From an uncultured Anaerolineales bacterium (GTDB lineage: Bacteria > Chloroflexota > Anaerolineae > Epilineales > JAHCIE01): 26,182 bases of DNA. Position 1 is the first letter of the stretch, and each line of letters begins with the position of its first letter. The notes beneath the pieces were generated by a model. The model was not told the DNA's origin. It made no database searches and saw only the letters and a list, made by a program, of their open reading frames with translations. A program made the translations under genes and the position numbers. Shown here piece by piece: positions 7,508-16,435 of the stretch. The DNA lies in assembly GCA_964522005.1 (NCBI GenBank), contig CAZFUK010000002.1, positions 1 through 26,182 of the forward strand, read 5' to 3'.

Positions 7508-10500
7508 TCAGGGCGCGCGGCGGATGTGAAGCGGGACGGTGAGGACGGACGGCGCGACCGTCGGTCCCAGGAGTACCTGGCCGCGCACGGTCTGGCCCGG
7601 CGCCAGGGCGTGCTGGTAGCACACCTGGAGGGTCAGCGGCGTGTTGGCCGTCACGGGGCCGCTGGGCACGCCGCGCACCACAATGTCGTTACCCTGGACG
7701 ATGTCCAGGTCAAGGGTGAACGGGGCCGAGCCGCCCGGCACATCGTAGCCATGCACCCAGACCTGGTACTGACCGTCCGGCGGGCGGCGGACCAGGATGC
7801 TCTCCTGGGCGGTGATCGAGATCGAGCGGGCTACAATCTCATTCGTCGTGAATTGCCCGTCGCGGTTGGCGTCGTAGACCAGGTACAGGTCCAGGTCAGG
7901 CCCCCGCCCGCCGTCCAGGGTCAGGGAGATGGAGACGGCATGGTCCACGCTGAACTGCCGCTTGTAGCTGGCCGTGCTCCGATTATTCGGGTCGTCCTGG
8001 CGGGCAGTGGCCTGAACCCGCTCCGGCTGACTCAGGCCAAAGGCTTCCACCGTCAGACCCGGCAGGTCGAGATTGGCGCGCAGGGCGAGGGGCGCGCAGC
8101 CGCTGACCACGTCGCCAGCCGTGACCGTGGCCGTGATGTCGAAGGCCGGCGGGCTGACCGTCATCGCGCCCACAGTCGTCGTGAACGGCAGCGAGGCCGG
8201 CAGGCCCGGGTGCAGGACGTTGTGGAGCAGCACGGCGTGCAAGCCTTCGCGCGCCGGTCCCGCGATCCACTCGTCTGGCCCCTCGGTCGCCGTCTGGAAC
8301 CGCCAGCGGCCCTGGCTCATGTTCTCGTTGAGGCTCTTGCCGACCACGTCGAGGGTGTAGGGGCCGTAGAAGTCAGGATCGGCCAGGTTCGAGTTGGGCG
8401 GGCTGTTGTCGGGGTGGCCCGGGTCGCTGAACGGGTCCGACGTCGGGCCGAGCAGCAGGGTGTCAATGTCGCTTGTCTGATCCTGGCCCGGCCAGACGTT
8501 GCGCACCAGCCACGCGGCGCCCTCGGCGACCGTGGACGGCGTGTCCAGGAAGAAGAGCCGCCAGTCGCCTGCCTCTTCGCGCCAGGCCCAGTTCATGTAA
8601 CCGGCCAGCGCGCCGTTGTTGTACGGGGCGTTGGGGTCGTTGGCTGCCCGCCCGCCCAGGGTGGCCGAGGTCTGGAAGTCGTAGCGGGTGGCGACGTTGG
8701 CGACGACCGGGATACGGGCCTGGCGGTCGGGGTAGACGCTCGCGGCCCCGCCGCCCCCCGTCTTGCCCGCCTCCCCTCGCCCGGGGGCGCGGGAGATGTG
8801 GGGCAGGAACAGAGTGTAGGGGGCGCGGCCGCCATAGGTGGCGTAGAGCGCGCCCTGGTAGGCGCCGGGCGGGGTGTCGGCGGGGATGGTGAGGGTCGCC
8901 GTGGCAGTGACGGTGCTGTGCGGGTCAATCGTCAGGCGGGTCTGGCCGAAGCGGACCCAGGGCCAGTCCTCGTAGCGGAAGAAGTCGAGCCGAATCTGCA
9001 TCTGGGTGCGGGGTATGGCCTGGGCACGGTTGTTGTGCTGCAAGCCGATGAACAGGCCATCGTGCATGCGCCCGTGGGGCGAGTGCATCTGGACGCGCAG
9101 GGTATTGTTGACCGAGTTGTTGTACATGACGCGCACGTACTCCCAGCGCTGGATCTCGGAGCGGCTCCAATCCAGGTCAGGGAAGCCGTCAATGTTGCTG
9201 CTGCGGGTCGGCAGGAGGTTGGCATGGTCCACCACGCCGTCGCCGTCGCGATCTTCCCACAGCTTGCCGTCGCCGTTGATGTCCGTCCAATCGTAGAGCA
9301 GCAGCCGCCAGGTCTGGTCCTCCTGGTAATCGCGGCCGGCGTCCAACTGGCCCAGTGAGAAGTTGGCCGAGACGACCATCAGGTCGGTGCCCTGGGGGAT
9401 GGCGCCCACCGGGATGAGGTAGTCCGGCGCGTTGAAGTTGTACTGGCTCTCGGCCGAAGCCGCCGCGCTGAAGAAGGGGATGATGCGGCTGTCGAAGCGG
9501 CGCAGCGTCCGGGCGGCGAGGTTGACCTCGACCGCCGCGTCGCCCGGGTTCGACAGGCGGAACGACTGGGTGTCGCTCTGGCCGGGGTAGATGATGTTGG
9601 CGAAGCCGGGGTATTCGCGGCCTCGGTAGTCACCCGCCCGCCACTCGTCCGGCATCGCCAGCACGCCCTGCCGACCGCTGGCGATGTCGGTGGCGTAGTC
9701 GGCGTTGACCGCGCCCGCCCCTTCGCTGAGGGTGTCCGCGCCGGTAGGCGTCGCGCCCGACTTGAGCAGGGCGCGCGCCTCTTCATACGTCGGCCAGCGG
9801 CCGTGCCCGGCCTTGAAGGCCTGGTAGACCAGGGCCAGGTTGCCCGCCGTCACGGGTGTCGAGCGGCTGGTGCCGCCCCATGTTTCCCAGGCGGTCGCGC
9901 CGTCGCCCACCCGGTTGAGTTGTGTCGCGCCCGCGCCTCGGTCGCCGTTGGCGACCACGTCCACCCCTACCTGCCCGCGCGCCGTCAGGCCCCGGTTCGA
10001 GAAGCTGGTCGTGTCACCGTACTGGATCTGCGTGGTGCGGGTAATCGAGTCATAGCCCGTTGTGCCGAACATGGTAGACGCGCCGACGGCGATGCCGACT
10101 TCCGGACCGTTGGGCGTGTCCGTGCCATAGCCCGGCCCGCCGTTGCCCGTGGAGTTGAGGTAGGCGACGGTGGGGTTCTTCTCGCGCACGTAGCGGTCAA
10201 TCCAGCGGCTCAGGTAGTCCCAGCCATCGTTGTCCACCTCGGACCGCCCGTAGCTGTTGCTGGGAATCTGGATGTCGTCGTCCGTGCCGGCCTGGCCGTC
10301 GTAGCCGAACAGCGTCAGGTAGTAGGCGTCGCGGGTGGACACCTCGAAGTTCATATAGGTGTTGCCCACCGGCACCAGGCCGGCCAGGGGCGCCGCGCCG
10401 AGATCGGCGCTGGCCGGCTGGTCGCGCGGGGTCAGGTCGGAGAAGCGGGGCACAAGCCCGCTGGTGCGGCCCTGGCCGACGACGGCCGAACTGCACAGCG

Positions 10501-11836
10501 TGCCGTGGAAGCCGGCTTCAAGGTCAAAGTCGCCCATGAACGCGACGAGCGAGGCCTTGGCGGGCGGCGGGGCGGCGCTCTCGCTAAAGAGCGTGGTGAT
10601 GCCGGGGATGGCATGCTGGCCGTCGGCGATGAAGTAGACCATGCCCCCCGACAGGTCGGCCAGGCCGTCGGCGTCCAGGTCGCGGTACGACGCGGGTGAC
10701 TCGCGCGTCACCGGCTTCTCATCGGTGAAGTCGTGGTCGCCGTCCAGGTCCACGTAGACCGTGTCGTAGACGCCGGCGGTGTGTTCGTCCACCAGGAGGA
10801 CGGCGACGTGCTCCTCGTTGTCCTGGGCCAGCACGCGGTCGGGGTGATTGCCGATGTGGTAGACGCCGCTCTGGCTGCGCGCCGGCAGCGTGTACTCGTG
10901 CTCGTCGCCCGGCTCCCGACCGCCTCGCCCGAACGAATCGGCGAACGGCGCGAACTTCAAGCGCACGCGGCCAGCCGCCTCGTCGCCCGCGTTGCGGTAG
11001 GTGGCGGGGGTGGCGCTCGTGTCCACGTACCAGGCGTCGCCAGTGGCGATAAAGTTCGAGCCGAGGGTGTAGTCGGCCACGTAGAGCAGCATGGAGTAGG
11101 GGTCGAAGGCCATCGGCCAGCCATAGTAGGGCGACTGGGGGTCGGTGACGCGCGCCCAGGTGCCGACCAGGTCGGGGTGGCCCATGTCCGCGCCGCTATC
11201 AATGACGGCGACCTTCACGCCTTGCCCCTGGTAGCCCTTGGCCCAGGCGTTCTGGGTGCCGTGCCCCTCGCGGATGTCATACCAGTCCTCGGCGCGGAAG
11301 ACGCCCGCCGTCGCCTGGCTCGCGTTCCAGCCCTGGTCCAGGGCGCGCAGCGCCTTGAGCCTCTCGCGCCGCTCGGCCAGCGACGGGAGGGGCCGCCGCT
11401 CGGGGTCAATGGCCGGCGCGGCGGTCGCCATGCTGTGGTCCACCATCTCCACGCGCTGCACGCCCGGCAGGGAGGCCAGCTTCTCCAACAGGCTCGCGCG
11501 GACCTGGGCCAGGTAAATCTTCTCGCCCAGCGCTCGCTCGCCCACCAGGAAGCCTCGGCCGGCCACGGCCGACAGGTCCACGGCGCGGTCGGCTTCGACG
11601 CGCACCATCACGCCTTGCTCGCCGCCGGCGGCCGCGACGGCCTGGGTGGCCGAGGACAGGCGGCGCAACGTCACCCCGGACTTGGTGATGGAAGTATAGG
11701 GGGGGTTGGTGGCCCGATCCTGGGAAGGTTGTTGGGCGGAGACGGGGGTAAGGGGAGTGAACCAGATGAAGCAGGTACTGGCGATGGCGAACATGGCCAG
11801 ACACGACAGCATCAGGCGTCGCGTCTTGTGTCTCAC
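7508..11836 (-). CDS. Large secreted S8 (subtilisin/pyrolysin-like) serine peptidase with a C-terminal PPC-like domain (1442 aa)
   Basis: Signal peptide; catalytic Asp VAVIDSG, His FHGTLCSS, oxyanion NSTGNGGPG, Ser WGGTSRSTP; several DxDxDG Ca-binding-like motifs; C-terminal DLDLYL...GQYQVWVHGY. GTG start with GAGGAGG RBS. Confidence 0.9.
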   Translation of the reverse strand: MRHKTRRLMLSCLAMFAIASTCFIWFTPLTPVSAQQPSQDRATNPPYTSITKSGVTLRRLSSATQAVAAAGGEQGVMVRVEADRAVDLSAVAGRGFLVGERALGEKIYLAQVRASLLEKLASLPGVQRVEMVDHSMATAAPAIDPERRPLPSLAERRERLKALRALDQGWNASQATAGVFRAEDWYDIREGHGTQNAWAKGYQGQGVKVAVIDSGADMGHPDLVGTWARVTDPQSPYYGWPMAFDPYSMLLYVADYTLGSNFIATGDAWYVDTSATPATYRNAGDEAAGRVRLKFAPFADSFGRGGREPGDEHEYTLPARSQSGVYHIGNHPDRVLAQDNEEHVAVLLVDEHTAGVYDTVYVDLDGDHDFTDEKPVTRESPASYRDLDADGLADLSGGMVYFIADGQHAIPGITTLFSESAAPPPAKASLVAFMGDFDLEAGFHGTLCSSAVVGQGRTSGLVPRFSDLTPRDQPASADLGAAPLAGLVPVGNTYMNFEVSTRDAYYLTLFGYDGQAGTDDDIQIPSNSYGRSEVDNDGWDYLSRWIDRYVREKNPTVAYLNSTGNGGPGYGTDTPNGPEVGIAVGASTMFGTTGYDSITRTTQIQYGDTTSFSNRGLTARGQVGVDVVANGDRGAGATQLNRVGDGATAWETWGGTSRSTPVTAGNLALVYQAFKAGHGRWPTYEEARALLKSGATPTGADTLSEGAGAVNADYATDIASGRQGVLAMPDEWRAGDYRGREYPGFANIIYPGQSDTQSFRLSNPGDAAVEVNLAARTLRRFDSRIIPFFSAAASAESQYNFNAPDYLIPVGAIPQGTDLMVVSANFSLGQLDAGRDYQEDQTWRLLLYDWTDINGDGKLWEDRDGDGVVDHANLLPTRSSNIDGFPDLDWSRSEIQRWEYVRVMYNNSVNNTLRVQMHSPHGRMHDGLFIGLQHNNRAQAIPRTQMQIRLDFFRYEDWPWVRFGQTRLTIDPHSTVTATATLTIPADTPPGAYQGALYATYGGRAPYTLFLPHISRAPGRGEAGKTGGGGAASVYPDRQARIPVVANVATRYDFQTSATLGGRAANDPNAPYNNGALAGYMNWAWREEAGDWRLFFLDTPSTVAEGAAWLVRNVWPGQDQTSDIDTLLLGPTSDPFSDPGHPDNSPPNSNLADPDFYGPYTLDVVGKSLNENMSQGRWRFQTATEGPDEWIAGPAREGLHAVLLHNVLHPGLPASLPFTTTVGAMTVSPPAFDITATVTAGDVVSGCAPLALRANLDLPGLTVEAFGLSQPERVQATARQDDPNNRSTASYKRQFSVDHAVSISLTLDGGRGPDLDLYLVYDANRDGQFTTNEIVARSISITAQESILVRRPPDGQYQVWVHGYDVPGGSAPFTLDLDIVQGNDIVVRGVPSGPVTANTPLTLQVCYQHALAPGQTVRGQVLLGPTVAPSVLTVPLHIRRAP

Positions 11837-11920
11837 GGGGGACCTCCTCGACTCATACGGGGGATGAGATGTTAAGGCGGCGGGGACAATGGCTCAGCCG
11901 GGAGCCAGATAGGGCAGACG

Positions 11921-11949
11921 ATTCTAGCACACACAAGCAGGGGCTGCAA
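11921..11949 (-). promoter_or_regulatory. Putative sigma70-type promoter of the S8 peptidase gene
   Basis: Minus strand TTGCAG-17 nt-TAGAAT with extended -10 (TGcTAGAAT). Confidence 0.55.
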
Positions 11950-11986
11950 TTTGGCAGGCGCTAGACGTGACGGGCCGGTCCTGCCT

Positions 11987-13285
11987 CTAACCCGAGGAGC
12001 TACTCTCTGACACCTGCGGCGCCAGGCCCACGCGCGAGACGCGGGCATAGCCGTAAAAGGCGAGCGCCAGGAGGGCGGCGAGCGCGCTGTAGAGATACCA
12101 CGGGCCATTTGGCAGGCCCGCGAGCCGCGACTGGTCGAACAGCCAGCCGCCGAGCGCGTTGCCGATGCCGCCGCCGAGGGCGATGCCGAACGAGCTAAAG
12201 CCGAAGTAGCTGCCCAATGCTTCGGGCTTGGCGAGGTCACCGGTGATGGCGGACAGCGTTGGCTGGACCAGCAGGTCGCCCAGGGCGTAGAGGATGACCG
12301 GCAGGGTGAGGACGGCCACGAACAGGCCGCTACCGGCGACGGCGGCGCCCAGCGAGAACAGCCCCAGCCCGACGGCCATGACGCCGAAGCCGCCGATGAT
12401 GATGGGCAGCGCGGCGGCGCGCCGTCCCACCCAGGCGATGATCGGGTACTGGGCGACCAGGGCGAAGGCCGAGTTGACCGCGAGCAGCGCGCCGACGGCG
12501 TTGTCGCTACCCGTGAGGTAGCTGACGTAGAGGGGCAGGGTCAGGAAAATCTGCGAGAAGATAAACCAGTAGCCCGCCGTGAGCGCGGTGAACACCACAA
12601 AGGGCTTGTCGGCCCAGACGAGGCGGAACATGGCCGGGATGACGCCGACGGCCGCGCCCCAGCCGCCCCTGACGGCGTCGGCCCCAGCCTCGTTGGTCGG
12701 CGTGGGCAGGGCGCGGGTGGCGGGCAGGCAGAGGACTGTGGCGAGAAACGCGACGACGTAGCACGCCGCCGAGACGAGGCTGAGGGTGGCGAAGCCGATG
12801 GGCAGCAGGGCCACGGCGATGAGCGGGCCGAGCATGGTGCCAATGCGGCCGACGGTGCTGACCAGGGAGAAGGCGACGGCCCGCTCACGGGGCGGCACAA
12901 ACGAGGCCAGGGCCGCCTTGTGCGTCGCCTCGAACAGCGCGCCGCCGAGCGCCGCCACCACCGCCGCCAGCAGCAGGCTGGTAAAGTCGTGGGTGAAGGC
13001 GAACAGGGCGAAGCCGATGGTGCGGATGAAGATGCCGGCTGCCAGGATGGGCTTGTAGCCCACACTGTCGGCGACGATGCCGCCAAACATGGTCAGCCCT
13101 TGCTGGACGACGATACGCACGGCCAGCACCACCCCCACCGCCGCCGCGCTCAGCCCTAGCTCGCGCGTGCCGTAGACCGACACAAACGGGATGAGCATGA
13201 AGAAGCCGGCGTACATCAGCACGGCGTTGACCAGGATGACGGCGACGCCCGCGCGGCGCGTCACCTGCCAGGCGCTTGAAAACAT
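11987..13285 (-). CDS. Major facilitator superfamily transporter (MdtH/DHA1-like, 432 aa)
   Basis: About 12 hydrophobic segments; motif A-like GGIVADSVGYK, RTIGFALF, motif C-like GTMLGPLIA; second-half GSYFGFSS..IALGGGIGNALGGWLFD. Confidence 0.88.
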   Translation of the reverse strand: MFSSAWQVTRRAGVAVILVNAVLMYAGFFMLIPFVSVYGTRELGLSAAAVGVVLAVRIVVQQGLTMFGGIVADSVGYKPILAAGIFIRTIGFALFAFTHDFTSLLLAAVVAALGGALFEATHKAALASFVPPRERAVAFSLVSTVGRIGTMLGPLIAVALLPIGFATLSLVSAACYVVAFLATVLCLPATRALPTPTNEAGADAVRGGWGAAVGVIPAMFRLVWADKPFVVFTALTAGYWFIFSQIFLTLPLYVSYLTGSDNAVGALLAVNSAFALVAQYPIIAWVGRRAAALPIIIGGFGVMAVGLGLFSLGAAVAGSGLFVAVLTLPVILYALGDLLVQPTLSAITGDLAKPEALGSYFGFSSFGIALGGGIGNALGGWLFDQSRLAGLPNGPWYLYSALAALLALAFYGYARVSRVGLAPQVSESSSSG

Positions 13286-13292
13286 ACCCCCT

Positions 13293-14102
13293 CTACAGCC
13301 CCCTCCCCGTCAGATAGCGGTCGGCCGCCTCCGCCAGTGTCATCTGCTCGGCGTCCACCAGAGGGCGGTGGGCCAGGTAGGCCGGAATCAGGTGGTTGTG
13401 GCCGGTCGCCACTTCCAGGCGGAACAGCCGCGCCATCGGCCCGGCCGCCGCCAGGTAGTCGCTCTGGTCAAAGGCGCGCAGCGTGGCCGCCACATCGTAG
13501 TCCACGCACACGACCTCGGCCTGCCACTGCCCGCCCCGCCGTTCCAGCCAGGCGTAGCGGGCGCGGGTGTCGCCCTCGAACGTGTTGCCGGCCGAGCCAG
13601 CGTTGACGATCAGCCCGCCCTCGCGCCAGGGTCGCACCAGCGACAGGTGGGTGTGGCCGCAGACGAGGTGGGTATGGCCGTTGAGCTTCTCCGCCAGTTC
13701 ACCCTCCCGTGTCTTGGGGAAGATGCCGTCCTGGTCGCCGCGCGGCGAGGCGTGGACGACCAGCACGTCCTCGACCCACACCGAGAACGGCAGGCCGCGC
13801 AGGTAGCCCAGTTGGTCCGGGGTGAGTTGGCCTAGCGTCCAGCGCGACGGCGCGTAGGTATCACCCCCCGCGTTGGGGTCGGCCGCCTGGGCGGCTTCCA
13901 GCACGTACCGCTCGTGGTTGCCCTGGACGGTCGGCCAGCCTAGCGGCTGGAGCCGCGCCACGACCTCGGCCGACTGGGGGCCTCGGTTGACCAAGTCCCC
14001 CGCGACGACGACCTGGTCGGGCCGCCGCGCCTCGATATGGGCCAACACCGCTTCGAGAGCGGGCAGGTTGCCGTGGATATCGGAGATAACAGCCAGCCGC
14101 AC
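13293..14102 (-). CDS. Calcineurin-like metallophosphoesterase (YfcE-like, 269 aa)
   Basis: ISDIHGN, AGDLVNRG, GNHE, VHASP, CGHTH and NAGSAG motifs. GTG 14102 chosen because of the GAGGGAG RBS (ATG 14126 is an alternative). Stop lies 7 nt before the MFS start, suggesting an operon. Confidence 0.88.
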   Translation of the reverse strand: MRLAVISDIHGNLPALEAVLAHIEARRPDQVVVAGDLVNRGPQSAEVVARLQPLGWPTVQGNHERYVLEAAQAADPNAGGDTYAPSRWTLGQLTPDQLGYLRGLPFSVWVEDVLVVHASPRGDQDGIFPKTREGELAEKLNGHTHLVCGHTHLSLVRPWREGGLIVNAGSAGNTFEGDTRARYAWLERRGGQWQAEVVCVDYDVAATLRAFDQSDYLAAAGPMARLFRLEVATGHNHLIPAYLAHRPLVDAEQMTLAEAADRYLTGRGL

Positions 14103-14215
14103 GGCGCACTCCCTCAAGCTCGGCATAGATAAAGCAGGCCCGTTGGCCCGCCATGAAATCTAATTATGCGTTGGGTCGTGCGAATCTGGCAACAATTCCG
14201 CGCAGCCCGACGGTT

Positions 14216-14238
14216 GTAGGGGCGCGGTTTCCGTGCCC
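14216..14238 (+). repeat. GTAG-type REP hairpin
   Basis: GTAG tetranucleotide followed by the hairpin GGGCGCGG-TTT-CCGTGCCC, the layout of REPs associated with RAYT tyrosine transposases. Confidence 0.6.
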
Positions 14239-14239
14239 G

Positions 14240-14285
14240 CCCCGCCCCCTTGGCAGGGAACGGCCCGGAGAGGGGGCAGGGGGTT
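14240..14285. repeat. Partial copy of the CCCCTCCCC/GGGAGGGG repeat family
   Basis: CCCGCCCCCTTGGCAGGGAA...GGGGGCAGGGGGTT closely matches 7408-7450 (CCCGCCCCCTTCCTTGGCAGGGAAAGGGGCAGGGGAAGGGGTT). Confidence 0.6.
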
Positions 14286-14300
14286 GTGACATAGTTCACA
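14285..14300. promoter_or_regulatory. CRP-type binding site upstream of the V8-like protease gene
   Basis: TGTGA-catagt-TCACA, a perfect core consensus; an extended -10-like TGgTACACT lies at 14342-14350. Confidence 0.55.
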
Positions 14301-14409
14301 CCTGCTGTGTGCCCTGTCTCGCAGCGCCGCGCCGCCTTTCCTGGTACACTGGGGACACAAGTGACAAGCACCACCGATGTTAGACAGGACGCAGGAAAGG
14401 ACACTCGCC

Positions 14410-15519
14410 ATGATGACCGAGACTCGTCGCCCCATTCGTTTGCTCTCGCTGATGACCGCCTTCCTCCTCATCGTCGCCGCCCTCGTCGCCTCCACGGCTG
14501 AGACCCGCGCCGACAGTGGGACGCAAGATACCCAGGCCAAGCATCCCATCGTCATCCAGGGCACCAACGCCAGCTCCGGAACACTCGATGTGACGGCCAA
14601 GCGCCTGTGGACGCGCGACGAAATGCTGAGCGCGCAGAGTGAGGACCTCATTGAAGTGGATGACGTGACGTTCAAGAGCATGACCCAGGACGCCCTGAAG
14701 GAAATCGTCGGCACGCCGGGCAGCGACACGGCGGGCCGGCCAGACGGTCAGGCGCTCAAGGAAGCTCTGGTTAACCCAACCGACGCCCTCCCCAACCTTA
14801 ACGGCGTGTTCGGCTACAGCTATCCCGGCCCCTTCTCCCGCTATGAGGTCAACGCCTCGTATACATCGTACCCGTACATCACCGTGGGCAAGGTCTTCTT
14901 CCGCAAGAACGGTGTCGGCAAGGTGTGCTCGGCGTCGTCTATCGGCAACTACGCGGTGTGGACGGCGGGCCATTGTGTGCACGGCGGTCAGGGTGGCACG
15001 TGGGTGACCGACTTCGTGTTCGTCCCCGCCTACAAGGACGGCAACGCCCCGCTCGGCCAGTGGACGGCGAATCACTTCTGGGCCAAGACCGACTGGATGA
15101 ACAACAGCAACTTCCGGCGCGATATGGGCGGCGCGGTGCTCAACACCCGCAACGGCCAGAAGATCAGCCAGGTGGTGGGGTGGCTCGGCTTCTCCTGGAA
15201 CTACCCCTACGAGCAGAACTGGACCGTCCTGGGCTACCCGGCCGACCCGCCCTACAACGGCCAGCGGATGTGGCGCTGCAACGCTCCCTTTGCCTACCAG
15301 CTGAACCCGAGTGGCGGCGGCCCCTCGACCCAGGCGATTGGGTGTGACCTGACGGGCGGCGTGAGTGGTGGCCCCTGGATCCGCGACTTCCTGACCGGCA
15401 ACCACGTCAATGGGCAGGCGAGCTACCGCCGCACGGGCTACTCGAAGGAACTGGCCTCCCCGCACTACACCGACGAAGCCAAGAGCCTGAAGGATGCCCT
15501 GGTCAACGACCATCCCTAA
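14410..15519 (+). CDS. Secreted trypsin-like (V8/glutamyl endopeptidase-type) serine protease (369 aa)
   Basis: Signal peptide, propeptide WTRDEM, TVGKVFF, CSAS, catalytic His TAGHCVH, Asp RRDMG, Ser GGVSGGPW. ATG 14410 follows AGGAAAGGA. Confidence 0.88.
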   Translation: MMTETRRPIRLLSLMTAFLLIVAALVASTAETRADSGTQDTQAKHPIVIQGTNASSGTLDVTAKRLWTRDEMLSAQSEDLIEVDDVTFKSMTQDALKEIVGTPGSDTAGRPDGQALKEALVNPTDALPNLNGVFGYSYPGPFSRYEVNASYTSYPYITVGKVFFRKNGVGKVCSASSIGNYAVWTAGHCVHGGQGGTWVTDFVFVPAYKDGNAPLGQWTANHFWAKTDWMNNSNFRRDMGGAVLNTRNGQKISQVVGWLGFSWNYPYEQNWTVLGYPADPPYNGQRMWRCNAPFAYQLNPSGGGPSTQAIGCDLTGGVSGGPWIRDFLTGNHVNGQASYRRTGYSKELASPHYTDEAKSLKDALVNDHP

Positions 15520-15554
15520 GCCCTAACGGCCCAACAACCGAATACTCAACACTG

Positions 15555-15584
15555 AAACACCCCCAGGTTAGCCTGGGGGTGTTT
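15555..15584. terminator. Bidirectional intrinsic terminator
   Basis: AAACACCCCCAGG-TTAG-CCTGGGGGTGTTT perfect hairpin between convergent genes. Confidence 0.85.
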
Positions 15585-15604
15585 GTTGTGTGGACGTTCG
15601 TCCC

Positions 15605-16360
15605 TCAAGGCAGGAACGCGAAGCTCGCCAGCATCTGCGGCCCGAACTCGCCCATCATCGTCAGGCGATACACATAGCCGCCGTGGGCGACGACGACGAA
15701 CTCGTTGGGCGCCATCAGCAACGGGCTGACCAGCCGCGCGCCCGCCACGCCGCCGACCTGCACAGGCTGCCGCTCCCACTGGTCCGCCTGGGGTAGCGTC
15801 TTGAGCCACTGGTCCAGGCTCTGGCCGGCCGGCAGGGCGTAGACCTCCACGGCGAACTGCGGCGGCTGGAGGGCCGCCGTCTCCGAGCGGGCCAAAGCCC
15901 CGTCCTGGAACCAGACCTGAGCCAGCGGGGCGGGCTGGGGCTGAGCCGTGGCGGGAACCACGACAAAGCCGTCGGGGTAGTTGAGGGTGAACTTGTAGGT
16001 CTCGTTGCGGTAGACCTGCCAGTTGACCGGGGCCGACTGGGGAGTCGCGTTGGTCGGGGGAACCTCGGGGCCTGAAGTGGCGGGCGCGGGCGAGGTCTGA
16101 TTGGGCAGACCGCCCGGCTCGTCGCCGGCGCCTGGCTTGGACACGGGAGCCTCCTTGAGTTGACCACTGGAGGAGCTATCGCTGCTCCCGCCACTGCTAC
16201 CGGCGACACTCGCGGCCGTCGGGGACGGCGGGCCGCTGAGGGGAGACGCGCCGACCCGAGGGCCGGCGCAACCCGTCGCCAGCGCCAGACCCGCGATAAC
16301 GATCCACCGCGACCACACCACCCGCTGCCCCTGGAGAGGGCTAATCCTGTACGCGCCCAT
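15605..16360 (-). CDS. Putative lipoprotein with an S/G/P-rich linker and a PsbP-like C-terminal domain (251 aa)
   Basis: Lipobox LATG-C after a hydrophobic stretch; WQVYRNETYKFTLNYPDGF and GGVAGARL...HGGYVYRL pattern. AGGAGG upstream of ATG 16360. The domain call is tentative. Confidence 0.65.
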   Translation of the reverse strand: MGAYRISPLQGQRVVWSRWIVIAGLALATGCAGPRVGASPLSGPPSPTAASVAGSSGGSSDSSSSGQLKEAPVSKPGAGDEPGGLPNQTSPAPATSGPEVPPTNATPQSAPVNWQVYRNETYKFTLNYPDGFVVVPATAQPQPAPLAQVWFQDGALARSETAALQPPQFAVEVYALPAGQSLDQWLKTLPQADQWERQPVQVGGVAGARLVSPLLMAPNEFVVVAHGGYVYRLTMMGEFGPQMLASFAFLP

Positions 16361-16435
16361 ACGCCTTGACCTCCTGCTCTGCGCCACATGGTTAAGATTG
16401 GGTCATAGACGTGGCAGGCGGGCCGAAAGTTCCCG

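Noticed and set aside
7526-11875. Several long plus-strand ORFs (610, 298 and 380 aa)
   Set aside because: All are antisense to the S8 peptidase, which has a complete catalytic triad.
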